From: Ylistrum balloti
Lineage: Eukaryota
Direction of reading: 5' to 3'
Assembly: GCF_031769215.1 (NCBI RefSeq)
Contig: NW_026781888.1
Span: 1,116,001-1,180,000 of the forward strand
DNA length: 64,000 bases
The notes under the pieces: generated by a model
Seen by the model: the letters and a program-made list of their open reading frames with translations, nothing else
Told to the model about the DNA's origin: nothing
Database searches by the model: none
Shown: positions 26,753 to 41,400 of the stretch, piece by piece
How positions within the stretch are numbered: the stretch's first letter is position 1
Layout: each line of letters opens with the position of its first letter
Translations under genes and position numbers: made by a program

Positions 26753-29416
26753 TCTGAATGAAATCTAGTATTGTCTCTGAAATGCCTGTACAACATTCAT
26801 TTCTCGTTTAAGTGTAGCGTTTTCCATATCTTCTCAAGAACTTTTACAGTCATTTTGGGACTCCCACTTTTCCCAGTTATTAGAATCCTCTCTATCTCAA
26901 AGTATTGAGATTCTTACATTTACCGTTTAAGCATATATTGTAACTATTCTATCAGTCTCTTTTCCAAATCTGTATACATATACAATGTATCTTGATCCTT
27001 TCCATCTTCTCCGAAATATTGTGTTATATTTTGGTATTTTTGTAAAACAGTTGAGAAGTCATCGTCACCGCCTTTAGAGAAGACATCGACAAACTCGGGT
27101 GAATCAGGTCATGAGGGGCTTGAGAGGATCCAGGAGGAGAAAGATGAGGATAATGAGAGTCAGGTGACCTCATCGTCTGCCCCACTCCTTACTTCCACCC
27201 AGTACAACAAATATGTTGTCTCTCTTGTCAAGCTCCTGGTAGGGGAGAGGACTCTTAATGACTGGCTCCGCAAAGGTATAAACAATTTAATTGATATTTC
27301 TACCCCTAATGAGAAATGCAGGACTGGCTCCATGTTAATATTCCTTAGAAATATGTTTTACATATGTATAGATATAGATTTTATGGTAAATCATGAGCAT
27401 CCAGCAGTATTAAAGACTTATGTCCTGTACTCTAGGTAGGTTTTGTTATGAGCATCATATTTTTTTAAATCAATGCAAACAATGAATTTTTTCATATAGA
27501 ACAAAAGGCTGAATCGCACACTGCTATTTTTAGGATAACATGTCATATTTTTTTTTTTTTTTTTTAGAAAAGGGTTGCCAAGGCATAATTGCATGTAAAT
27601 AATTCAATGCTGAGTATAAAAAAGTCATTATTTACTAACTGTGTGCAAGCATATTGTATCTAACTGTTTATCTTTGATAATTTTATGCAGATTTTGGACC
27701 AAGACAGATTGAAAATGCCGCTATCCTGTGTTCGTCTTGGCAGCGACCCCCCATGTTGATTGATCCAAACGGTGAAGGGTCAATGTGGCTCGGAAGACTC
27801 AACAAACTCATGAATAAAAAGAAGCTTGTTTCTCTAGATATGGACACCAGGTATAGTGTGCATTTTTATTGGTAATGATGATATGTATTATGAAAATAGA
27901 ATATTCACTTACAAAATAAAATTAGAAAAAAGGTTTATAAAGATATTGAATTCTATACTACATTGACACAAAAACCAACTTGCATTCTTTAGGTATTGAT
28001 CAAACATCTGAAACTTTTCATATTTTGTTCCATACAAATACAATTCTACATTTAGACTATAGGACTTCACAATTGTGTAATTACCTGTGTGTTATATCTA
28101 TAACCTAAGTATATGTTGTGTGATTCATTATCACATTGATTAACATGTATTAAACATTATTATGTGTATCTTAAGTTTGAAATTGCTTTTAAATAAAAAT
28201 AACTTTGTTATTACCTCTATCTGCTTTATGATAAACTTTAATATTTATCTCAGTGACTTAGCATCAAATTCTCACCTCAGTCAAACATTAACATATTTTC
28301 TGTTTGAAATAGTTTGATTTTGGAGATAATCTCATTGCTATTTGTTAAGTTTGATAAGATAACCCTGGACATGTCTCTGATTTTTTGGCTTGGCTCACTT
28401 AAAAGGTAAAACAATTAGTATGATAAATGTAATATTAATGTTATAGCCAGCTGCCTTTGTGTGGAAGTAATTGTAAGCAGGAAAACAATGACATCAACAT
28501 ATTTAGGAATAAAACCTCTGCTAATGTATTAGTGTTGTGTTAAAATTTCTAATCAGCTCTCTATTAACACAATATAATGATTCCCAATACTATAGATATG
28601 ATAACTCCCAATATTATAGATATAATAACTCCCAATATTAAAGATATGTTAACTCCCAATATTATAGATATAATAACTCCCAATATTATAGATATAATAA
28701 CTCAATATTATAGATATAATAATTCCCAATATTATAGATACAATAATTCCCAATATCATAGATAGAATAACCCCAATATTATAGATATAATAACTCCTAA
28801 TGCTATAGATATAATAACCCCAATATTATAGATATAATAACCCCAATATTATAGATATAATAACCCAATATTATAGATATGATAACTCAATATTATAGAT
28901 ATAATAACTCCCAATATTATAGATATAATAACCCAATATTATAGATATAATAACCCCAATATTATAGATAAATAACTCCAAATATTATAGATATAATAAC
29001 TCCAAATATTATAGATATAATAACTCCCAATATTATAGATATAATAACTCCCAATATTATAGATATATTGATCCCAATTACTGAAGATTTGATGACTTTT
29101 GCTATTGTAATTTTGATGTGATTCTAATACTGTTTATTTTCCTTTGCTGCCTTTGTGGACTGCCACTAATACTTTAATACAGATGGTATGTATATATTTA
29201 TATGTCCTTTACTCTCAAACTTGCCGGTAGTGTGCTTGATCTACAAAGGTTCATTTAGTGTGATCCTCACAACAGTGCAGCATCCATCACATCATAATCT
29301 CTACTGCATCATTTCATGTTTTCTGTAGATACAATGTAGATACAATGTAGATGTACAGTAATATTTACAGTTCTGCATAGAAGTCAGAAGTCATTACACT
29401 GTCTGTCTGTCGGTCT

Positions 29417-29488
<72 letters not shown>

Positions 29489-32400
29489 AACCTTTAATAT
29501 ATTGTTCACACAAACACCTTTAATATTTTGTCCACATATGAACCTTTCATATTTTGTCTGCACATGCACCTTTCATATTTTGCCCACACATACATCTTTC
29601 ATATTTTGTCAGCACATGCACCATTGATATTTTGTCCAGACATACCCCTTTAATATTTTGCCCACACATACACCTTTATTATTTTGCCCCTATATGTACC
29701 TTTTATGTTTTGTCAACACTTGTCTCTTTAATATTTGGTCCACACATGTACCATTAATATTTGTTTGCTACCTTAAGTTAACTAATCAGAAGTTATACAT
29801 TTACTTGTATATTGTAGAAATGTTGACTGTGAAATGATGAAATAGTGGTCTGCCAGACAGAAAATTCTAAATCTATTTAATGGTGACCAGGGTTAAAGAA
29901 TATATGCAATCATCCATGAAAGTTTTGTTATTGTTTCTGACATTTTGGTGTATGTCTCAGGAGTGTATGTATCAGGAGTCTTGGTTTCTTGAAGCTTATG
30001 GTTTGGGATCATGCATTTCAGGAGCATACATCTAAGATGTCTTAGGAATGTAATTCTAAGAATGTACAGCTCAGAAGTGCACAGCTATAGAGTGTACTTC
30101 TTAAAAGTGCACAACTGTGGAGTGTAATTCTTAAAAGTGTACAGCTGTGGAGTGTAATTCTTAGAAGTGTACAGCTGTGGGGTGTAATTCTTAGAAGTGC
30201 ACAGCTGTGGAGTGTAATTCTTAGAAGTGTACAACTGTGGAGTGTAATTCGTAGAAGTGTACAGCTGTGGAGTATACATCTCTGGAGTGTACATCACTGA
30301 AGATATTGTCTTACAAATGTACATCTTGGGAGTGTCAATTTCAGGAACTGGAGTGTATTTCTTAAAAGTGTACATCTCTGGAGTGTTTGTCTCAGGAGCT
30401 TACATCTTAGGAATGTATATTTAAGGAATGTATGTAACACGAGCTTACATCTACGGAGTGTTTGTTTCTGGAGCACTGCAAAATCTCAAATACATCCATC
30501 TCAAGACTGTACAGCGCTGTGTAGTGTATGTCTCGGGAGTGTACATGTACATCTCAGAAGTGTACAGCACTCTGGGGTATATGTTTCGGGAGTGTACATC
30601 TCAGAACTGCACAGCACTCTGGGGTGTATGTCTCGGGAGTGTACATCTCTCAAATATTCATGGCGTATAGACCGTGTAAGTAGCTCAGTGTAACTGTTGT
30701 TGTTTATTGTTGACCCCTACTACTATAGAAAAGCAGTGTAATGGTAACTACATGTAGTTAACATCTTTATCCTGTTTACAGTTGGCACAGCAAGACCATA
30801 CAAGGGTAACATTTCAGATATATATTTCTCCTCTTACATTCTCTACTAGAATTAACATTTTATATGTTTATTATCATTTTAGCAATGCAGGGGTGTAAAA
30901 CAAATCAAAGAAGTTGTCTAGATAAAAAAGACCTAACAATATTACCTGATATCCAAATATCATTTCAATTCAGTCTGGAAAAAAACCAGTGAAATATATG
31001 CAGTGTATTTATAAAACCAGTAAAATAGGGTGATACAGTGTATTGATACAGTGTATTTTTTTAAGTTCATGAAAAAATTTATTCTGTAAAAGAATATTTT
31101 GGTTGGAAGTAATGAAGTGATGAAGAGTTAAATCATCTGACCTCTGTTTGACCACAAGGATGGGACTCAAAAGGGAAATTACATCTAAAATTATTTGTCA
31201 TATTTGACATTCTTTGTCAAAAAGCTGAATAACTAAATTAGCCAGGTTAGTGATGCAGGCCCCTTGGGCCTCTTGTTTTCTTCACTAAGAACAGTTTTTA
31301 GACTACTTAATTAACAATTATGTTGTAAATTTTCAAGAAATGAAAAAAATGCCCATATGTCTTAAATGTTAAATAGTGTTTTCCGAATTTCATATTGCAG
31401 CGGCAATTTTTTTACTTGTTAATATCAGCCCCACGATCGGAAGAACCTGTCTTTTTTTCTTATTATTGTTTGAAGATATTTTAAAGTATATCTCACTTTC
31501 ATCCATGTTTGTCTATCAGCTAAAGTTTGAAATATAGAGCAAACAAATGATTGAGAAAGAAATACTTAACCCTAGTATATTAAACACTGGTTGGTCCTGT
31601 ATCTGACATGTGGCTTTTTACATCCCTGTATTGTATATATTTCTTTATTTATTTATCTATTCATTTATTTATTTAACAGGTTTTACATCTGCTATTATAC
31701 ACTTTTAGCAGAATATACTTGTTACATTCCCCTACTACTATCTATACTTGTATCCTTGTTCTTGGCAATGTTGTACCTGGCTCTCGGCTCATTATCACAA
31801 AAGTCTCTTTTTTTTTTTCTACAAAATCTCATGGGATGTAGTTTCCTTATTCTGGATATTGAAAACTTTACTGTTACACTATGATCAACATTGTGAGTTT
31901 TCTTTACCATGGTTTAAACATGGATTGTCTTTATGGATGATCTTTTGGAAGTAAAACAGAAACTAAGAAGTCAACAAAAACACTTGTTTAAAGTAACTGA
32001 CATAAGAATAACATCTTTTATAGGAATCCACGTCACATAAGACATAGTCTACTGTGCACTATAACCAGAACCAGAGACGTATATAACACATGTGTTATAT
32101 ATGTCTCTGCCAGAACATAGCTAGATTAGGGAAGGTTTTAATAGGGTTGGTACAGTACAAAGATTTTTAAGGAGAATATTAGGAACCACTGCGTTTGAAA
32201 GAGTAACAGAAGTTTTAACAAGGTTTTGATGTTTAATGATCACAGTAACGTTACATCTTGGGTCATTGGAAGAGTGAGGAAGTTTAAGCTTTAACTATTG
32301 TAGACTTGTAGTTGGAGGGTATCATTTGTATATAAGACATATAAAGATATATATAAAAGTAAAGAACTTATTAGGGGGAGGAAAACATTGAGAAAAATAT

Positions 32401-35400
32401 CATTTTTCTTTTACTGTAGATGTAGTAGCAAAGTGATTGACTTTACAATGAAGCCTGGGTCATTATGAAGGAAACCTATCATCCATATACAAATATGTAC
32501 TTGGACAATTAAGTTACAAAGTTATCAATTTTTTTCAATGACACAAAAACAATATTCAGGACTCATAATGAGGTACGGTATCAACAAGCCAATAGCAGAA
32601 GACAACTTTGGTAAAGATTCCCTGTGATAAAATCTTCTTTTACCCCTTGGTGATTTGACATAAAGACATGTGAAAATCAGATAGTTTCTCTGTATTCTTC
32701 AGACCTGGGAATTTAGTCTCAGCTCTCGTCTAATACTTCTATACAGACCTGGGAATTTTGTCTCAGCTCTCGTCTAACACTTCTATACAGACCTGGGAAT
32801 TTTGTCTCAGCTCTCGTCTAACACTTCTATACAGACCTGGGAATTTTGTCTCAGCTCTCGTCTAACACTTCTATACAGACCTGGGAATTTTGTCTCAGCT
32901 CTCGTCTAACACTTCTATACAGACCTGGGAATTTTGTCTCAGCTCTCGTCTAACACTTCTATACAGACCTGGGAATTTAGTCTCAGCTCTCGTCTAACAC
33001 TTCTATACAGACCTGGGAATTTTGTCTCAGCTCTCGTCTAACACTTCTATACAGACCTGGGAATTTTGTCTCAGCTCTCGTCTAACACTTCTATACAGAC
33101 CTGGGAATTTTGTCTCAGCTCTCGTCTAACACTTCTATACAGACCTGGGAATTTTGTCTCAGCTCTCGTCTAACACTTCTATACAGACCTGGGAATTTAG
33201 TCTCAGCTCTCATCTAACACTTCTATACAGACCTGGGAATTTAGTCTCAGCTCTCATCTAACACTTCTATACAGACCTGGAAACTTAGTGTCAGATAGCT
33301 CTCATCTAACACTTCTATACAGACCTGGGAACTTAGTGTCAGATAGCTCTTATCTAATACTTCTATACAGACCTGGGAACTTAGTGTCAGATAGCTCTCA
33401 TCTAACACTTCTATACAGACCTGGGAACTTAGTGTTAGATAGCTCTTATCTAATACTCCAATACAGACCTTGGAATTTATCGTAGTGTCAGACAGCTCTC
33501 GTCTAATACTTCTATACAGACCTGGGAATTTAGTCTCAGCTCTCATCTAACACTTCTATACAGACCTGGGAATTTTGTCTCAGCTCTCGTCTAACACTTC
33601 TATACAGACCTGGGAATTTAGTCTCAGCTCTCATCTAACACTTCTATACAGACCTGGGAATTTAGTCTCAGCTCTCATCTAACACTTCTATACAGACCTG
33701 GGAATTTAGTCTCAGCTCTCATCTAACACTTCTATACAGACCTGGGAATTTAGTCTCAGCTCTCATCTAACACTTCTATACAGACCTGGAAACTTAGTGT
33801 CAGATAGCTCTCATCTAACACTTCTATACAGACCTGGGAACTTAGTGTCAGATAGCTCTTATCTAATACTTCTATACAGACCTGGGAACTTAGTGTCAGA
33901 TAGCTCTCATTAACACTTCTATACAGACCTGGGAACTTAGTGTTAGATAGCTCTTATCTAATACTCCAATACAGACCTTGGAATTTATCGTAGTGTCAGA
34001 CAGCTCTCGTCTAATACTTCTATACAGACCTGGGAATTTAGTCTCAGCTCTCATCTAACACTTCTATACAGACCTGGAAACTTAGTGTCAGATAGCTCTT
34101 ATCTAATACTTCAATACAGACCTTGGAATTTATCGTAGTGTCAGACAGCTCTCATCTAACACTTCTATACAGACCTGGGAATTTAGTGTCAGACAGCTCT
34201 CATCTAATACTTCTATACAGACCTGGGAACTTAGTGTCAGACAGCTCTCATCTAACACTTCTATACAGACCTGGGAACATAGTGTCAGACAGCTCTCATC
34301 TAATACTTCTATACAGACCTGGGAACTTAGTGTCAGACAGCTCTCATCTAACACTTCTATACAGACCTGGGAACTTAGTGTCAGACAGCTCTCATCTAAT
34401 ACTTCTATACAGACCTGGGAACTTAGTGTCAGACAGCTCTCATCTAACACTTCTATACAGACCTGGGAACATAGTGTCAGACAGCTCTTGTCTAATACTT
34501 CTATACAGACCTGGGAACTTAGTGTCAGATAGCTCTCATCTAACACTTCTATACAGACCTGGGAACTTAGTGTCAGATAGCTCTTGTCTAATACTTCTAT
34601 ACATACCTGGGAACTTGTATCACACAGCTTTCATCAATTACTTTTGTTCAATATCACTTTTCTCTCAATCTTGCAGAATAGTTACCAAAACTCAAATTAA
34701 GTAAGTTACATCACTTTTTCCTCATAAGATTAATTTGAATGTTGTTAGCAGTATAATTATAAACATCTTAACAAGTAGACTAAATTGATAATTTTCATTT
34801 TAATTTTATCAAACATTTCATGCCCTTTAGTGAAATGGTTATAATTTCATGGATTTGTGATTAAATTTAACATAAAATAATTGATAAAATGAGTAGAGAC
34901 AAGTTTAGCCAATGGTAGTATTTTAATGATGACATGCTGATGTACTTTCATTGTAGCAATTAACATTTTTGTTTCATTAAGACTTAATGTTGGATGTATT
35001 GTAGTTAGAGGAACAAAATACCAAAATTTTTAAAAAGAATTTCTTGCATGATGTTATATTTCCTTTGTCATTAGATGGTTCTTGTAGGATAGAGATTTTT
35101 CTTTCATTTGCATGATTTACATTCAATGCATGAATATAGCTTACATTAACAACACAACCTGTAATATTATATTGCACTCTTTGTATTACCTGTGGCAATT
35201 GACATCATGTACTATATACTTTGATGTAGTTCATTAATTAAGGCTGTATTAAGATAACTGATTCATTTCACTCTATTTCAAGTAAAGACATCTTGTAACA
35301 TTAAGATTGAGAAGTGGCAAGAGCAGTGTAGCCTCACTGAGAAATATGGTTAGATATTATGCAAGTCACATAGCAAAGTTTGAGGAGAAATAAAAGGTAG

Positions 35401-38400
35401 ACAACTCAAATGGTAAAGTTTGAGGAGAAATAAAAGGTAGACAACTCATTGTAAAGTTTGAGGAGAAACAAGTGTAGATAACTCACATTGTAAAGTTTGA
35501 GGATAAATCAGGGTAGACAACTCACATTGTAAAGTTTGAGGAGAAATCAGGGTAGACAACTCACATCATTAAGTTTGATGAGAAATCAGGGTAGACAACT
35601 CACATCATTAAGTTTGATGAGAAATCAGGGTAGACAACTCACATCGTAAAGTTTGAAGATAAATCAGGGTAGACAACTCACATTGTAAAGTTTGAGGAGA
35701 AATCAGGGTAGACAACTCACATCATTAAGTTTGATGAGAAATCAGGGTAGACAGTTCACATCGTAAAGTTTGAGGAGAAATCAGGGTAGACAGTTCACAT
35801 CGTAAAGTTTGAGGAGAAATCAGGGTAGACAACTCACATTGTAAAGTTTGAGGAGAAATCAGGGTAGACAACTCACATTATAAAGTTTGAGCAGAAACAA
35901 GGGTAGGCAACTCTCACTTCTTAGTACAACTGTTAATGTTAAATAAGCAGCCTTCCTTTGATAGGAGACAATCAGGGAAAGTTAATAGTAGATATTTTAA
36001 TGATTTTAAGATAAAGGATTTAATGGTTGAACACTGTTTTTTTCATCACTTAAAGCTAAATTCTTCCCATTTATCTTTTTCATTTCCTGTCTATTATTGT
36101 ATATTGTCTTTATTGAAATTATAACTAAATAGATTTTTTTTCTTCTTGGCAGTAATGAACTTTTTTACATGATATCAAAATTGCTCATTGAGATTTCCTA
36201 AGGAAAGAATTCTCCAAGAGTACTGGTAATGGTAAATGTTCATGAAATCAGTACATGCATTGCATTAATTTGATTTGCAGGACAGACCCACATGTCATTA
36301 TGACTCTGGAGAAAGCAATCATGCGTGGTAAACCAGTGTTGCTGAGTAACTGTGAGGAACACATTGACAATATCATCACACCTCTCATGCATCATCGGAA
36401 CACTGCTAATGAGAATGATTGTGATGAAGGTCAGTCTATTGGAACTGATATGGTTTGAGGATGTATTTAGTAATTAATTTAATTATTAATTTTACAAGGA
36501 GCAAAAAACATAAAATACTGAATTAGATCTCTTCTGTTATCAATTATACTGACACTAAAGTAATGGTTATATATAACATAAATGATATTGAAAAGAGATT
36601 CATTCAAAGTCACCACTTCTTATTTATTTATTACAGAGCCACGCATGATCCGATTCTGTGGCCGACGAGTTCTCTGTCACCAAGACTTCAGGTTCTATCT
36701 GTCAGCACCACTGGCCAAGCCAAAATTCAATCCAGAAATCGCATCTGGTACAACCCTCATCAACTTTGGTGTGTCACACGACACACTGACAGAGGATTTG
36801 TTGACACGTGCGTTTGCGCGGATGCGCCCTAAACTGTTTAAAGAGCGTATGCTAGCATTAAAAAACATGCAGTTACAACGTGACACACTGTTGCATCTGT
36901 CTGAAATTGTCAAGGACCGCATTCTCACACAGCAAGAGGCTATGCTAGGGAGTGCCAAAGCCCTCAAGTTCATCACTGACATCACTAATGCTAAGATGGA
37001 GGTAAGGTGTTAAGATTTCCTACCCTGTCTACAAATACTTCCTGGACTGTATCAGGATTGCATGCTTAGACAGTTCTCTACAATCATCTTTTTTTTTTAG
37101 GCACAGAATCTTAGAATTATGTCCTTGTTTTATCTAAAGACTTGATGCTAAACTTTGTCTATCCACATTCCTTTTACAATGGGAAAAGTTAAGTATAATT
37201 ATACCTGATCAATGATTTGATCATTTATACAACTGATGTATGATTTATAACAGACTGAAGACTATTCCAGGGCTCTCAATCTGCCAGATTTGGGGCTGAT
37301 TCCCGATGCAAAATAGTTTTTTTTTTCCCCCAATTTAGACCAGAAGTTTTCCCAATTCTAAGGAAAACACCATTATTTTTCCCAATTCTAAGGGCCCCGG
37401 GCCCCAGTGCCAAAATGGGGTGTGAGAGCCCTGTATTCAGCACTCCATACAGCTATAACCACTGATGATTTTGTGAGAGTGTATATCTGTATGTCTCACT
37501 GCTGTTGATATTCTAGTTGGCCAATCAGCTGACGGAGACACAGACCTTGCTCACAGACCTTGACGACCTCAAGGATGAGTTGTTTCCTCTGGCTCGAAGA
37601 GCAGCCATGCTGTTTGCAATCTTGCGCTCTCTCCAAAGTATTCATAATGAATACCAGTTTACACTGCGCTACTTCATGGAGCTTTTTGATGAAGCAGTTG
37701 GAGGAGAGGTGCCCAAGGAGTTCTGGGAAGATGATGATGAAGGGGTGAGTGTACTATATGTCTATATTAATTCATTTCTTAGGTTTGTGTTGTTTTGTGT
37801 ACTGTGGTAGACAGCAGTAAACATTTGAGTCTGGCCAAAGATGTTATGCATATGGGTTGAATTTTGAATAATTGGTAAAAGTTTTTTTATAATATCTTGT
37901 ACCATCAGGGTTATGAGGATGCTGACGACCAGAGTAGCGTAGATTTAGAAAAGAAGCGTCGGACAGGGAGTACATCATCTCATGCTTCAAAAGACAGTGC
38001 TACTGCTGGTGCGCAAACCACCGAAAAACAGTCCAAGTCAGAAAAGGACAAGACAGAGGGTGATTATGATGCTGATTTTGAGGGTGACAGTCATGTACAG
38101 AGTCAACAACAAGCTACCACAGAAGGTAAACATCACCAACACTGTGTCTTACTCTAGAATTCAGTATAAAACATATATGTTGTTCAGGGGTTTTAGGTAA
38201 CTGAGCATTAAACTCAAGTAAGAGGCCTTCTAGAGGGTAGCTCATCAAAAACCTTGGACCATGCCTAAACCAGAGTGGCTCTTGTTCCATAGGCAACATT
38301 TTGTAGTAGATGTAAGTTTTACATTGGAGATTTAAGGAAATAAAATTACTTCAATTTTTGGTAGTTCTCTTTCTATGAGGAATCAGACAGCTTGCTTATG

Positions 38401-41400
38401 GACACTACAATTTGGAGCAAACCAAATGAGCATTTAGAGCTTTGTTCATTAAAACTATCCATACATTTGTGTATTGTGATTGTTAACTCACAAATCATTT
38501 TAACAGAGTTACAACAATGCATCCGTTTGTCACTTAAGGAAGTGTTGTGTCACCACACAAGTCACATGGTTTGTGATTCAAGGATGTGTTGTGTGACCTC
38601 CTCAACCACATGGGTTTTTCTATTGAGGATTTGTTGTGTCACCACTCAAATCACATGGTTTGTGACTCAAAGATGTGTTCTGTAACCTCCTCAACCACAT
38701 GGATTTTTCTATTGAGGAATTGTCGTGTCACCTGCTCAACCACATCGGTTTGTCACTTGAGGATGTGTTTTGTAACCTCCCCAATAACTTGGGTTTGTCA
38801 CCTAAGGATGTGTTCTGTCACCTCCCCAACCATACGGGTTTGTCTCTCAAGGATGTGTTCTGTCACCTCCCCAACAATAAGGGTTTGTCTCTCAAGGATG
38901 TGTTCTGTCATCTCCCCAACCATACGGGTTTGTCTCTCAAGGATGTGTTTTGTAACCTCCCCAACCATACGGGTTTGTCTCTCAAGGATGTGTTCTGTCA
39001 TCTCCCCAACCATACGGGTTTGTCTCTCAAGGATGTGTGTTTTGTCACCTAAGGATGTGTTCTGTCACCTCCCCAACCATACGGGTTTGTCTCTCAAGGA
39101 TGTGTTCTGTCACCTCCCCAACAATACGGGTTTGTCTCTCAAGGATGTGTTTTGTCATCTCCTCAACCATACGGGTTTGTCTCTCAAGGATGTGTTTTGT
39201 AACCTCCCCAATAACATGGGTTTGTCACCTAAGGATGTGTTCTGTCACCTCCCCAACCATACAGGTTTGTCTCTCAAGGATGTGTTCTGTCACCTCCCCA
39301 ACCATACGGGTGTGTCTCTCAAGGATGTGTTCTGTCATCTCCCCAACCATACGGGTTTGTCTCTCAAGGATGTGTTCTGTCCCCTCCCCAACAATACGGG
39401 TTTGTCTCTCAAGGATGTGTTCTGTCATCTCCCCAACAATACGGGTTTGTCTCTCAAGGATGTGTTCTGTCATCTCCCCAACAATACGAGTTTGTCTCTC
39501 AAGGATGTGTTCTGTCATCTCCCCAACAATACGGGTTTGTCTCTCAAGGATGTGTTCTGTCATCTCCCCAACAATACGGGTTTGTCTCTCAAGGATGTGT
39601 TCTGTCATCTCCCCAACAATACTGGTTTGTCTCTCAAGGATGTGTTCTGTCACCTCCCCAACCATACGGGTTTGTCTCTCAAGGATGTGTTCTGTCATCT
39701 CCCCAACCATACGGGTTTGTCTCTCAAGGATGTGTTTTGTAACTTCCCCAATAGCATGGGTTTGTCACCTAAGGATGTGTTCTGTCACCTCCCCAACCAT
39801 ACGGGTTTGTCTCTCAAGGATGTGTTCTGTCACCTCCCCAACAATACGGGTTTGTCTCTCAAGGATGTGTTTTGTCATCTCCTCAACCATACGGGTTTGT
39901 CTCTCAAGGATGTGTTTTGTAACCTCCCCAATAACATGGGTTTGTCACCTAAGGATGTGTTCTGTCACCTCCCCAACCATACAGGTTTGTCTCTCAAGGA
40001 TGTGTTCTGTCACCTCCCCAACCATACGGGTGTGTCTCTCAAGGATGTGTTCTGTCATCTCCCCAACCATACGGGTTTGTCTCTCAAGGATGTGTTCTGT
40101 CCCCTCCCCAACAATACGGGTTTGTCTCTCAAGGATGTGTTCTGTCATCTCCCCAACAATACGGGTTTGTCTCTCAAGGATGTGTTCTGTCATCTCCCCA
40201 ACAATACGAGTTTGTCTCTCAAGGATGTGTTCTGTCATCTCCCCAACAATACGGGTTTGTCTCTCAAGGATGTGTTCTGTCATCTCCCCAACAATACGGG
40301 TTTGTCTCTCAAGGATGTGTTCTGTCATCTCCCCAACAATACGGGTTTGTCTCTCAAGGATGTGTTCTGTCATATCCCCAACAATACGGGTTTGTCTCTC
40401 AAGGATGTGTTCTGTCATCTCCCCAACAATACGGGTTTGTCTCTCAAGGATGTGTTCTGTCATCTCCCCAACAATACGGGTTTGTCTCTCAAGGATGTGT
40501 TCTGTCATCTCCCCAACCATACGGGTTTGTCTCTCAAGGATGTGTTCTGTCACCATGCCAACCACATTGATTTGTCCACCTGTGTTCATAAAGGCCTGCA
40601 AGTATGATTGAAAAACTTTATAATTTTTTGGTAAAATAGATACCACTGAAGTAGCTGATTACCTAACACTGTGCCCATATTTATTTGTTTTATAAGGTGA
40701 TGAATCAGCTAGCACCGCTGCTGCCCAGAAGCTAATAGCAGGATCCGAGTCAGAAGAGTTACCTCCCCTTGAGATCCCAGAGACCACCACATTGCCCTCA
40801 GAGGGTGTGGAATATGACAACCTTTCAGCCAATGAGATCAAAAAGATCATGGACCAACTAACTGGACTGGTGTACAGGAGAATTAGAGAGTTTGTATATT
40901 ATCATATCCTGATTGCTTCTTACCTAAATACCATCATAATGTGAAAATTTAGAACAGATTAATTATCTGATTTAGGAGTCATGTATACCTACATCTATAA
41001 AGATGTTGTATATATGCATATATACATCAAAATGAAGTGTATACATGTGTATATGATGTTATTACAAAAACACTTTATCCGTTAATGTTACTTTTTAGTT
41101 AATATTGCAATTTCTTCAATCTCAGTTTTCTTCCCTATTTATTCAATGTTACCCAATTTATGACAATGTCACATACTTTCATTTGGGGAATGTTTATTAT
41201 AACTTCTTTCCTGTGACAATTGCAAGAAGATACAGGTAAATCACAGGTTAATGAGGAAAAGAATGTTAACTATGGACTCATGCCCTCAGAGCCATGAATC
41301 ACACGTTTACATGTTGTGTAAATATTCACACATCACAATTGTCAGATCCAGTATTAGGTTCAGGAAAGTTACATTTGGTGCATTTGTTTTAAATTCTTAC

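Noticed and set aside
26332-26796. Minus-strand hydrophobic/Ser-rich ORFs
   Set aside because: Antisense shadows of the purine-rich E/K exon. The same applies to 54070-55229 opposite the terminal exon.
38507-38685. Acceptor-like TTTTAACAG at the start of the 45-bp array as an extra exon
   Set aside because: In the required phase it runs into degenerate repeat and a stop, with no dynein similarity.
38586-40646. 673-aa and 524-aa Cys/His-periodic ORFs that resemble a zinc-finger or repeat protein
   Set aside because: They are translations of a 45-bp intronic minisatellite, open in several frames and on both strands because the unit is a multiple of 3. The dynein exons on either side join in phase without them.
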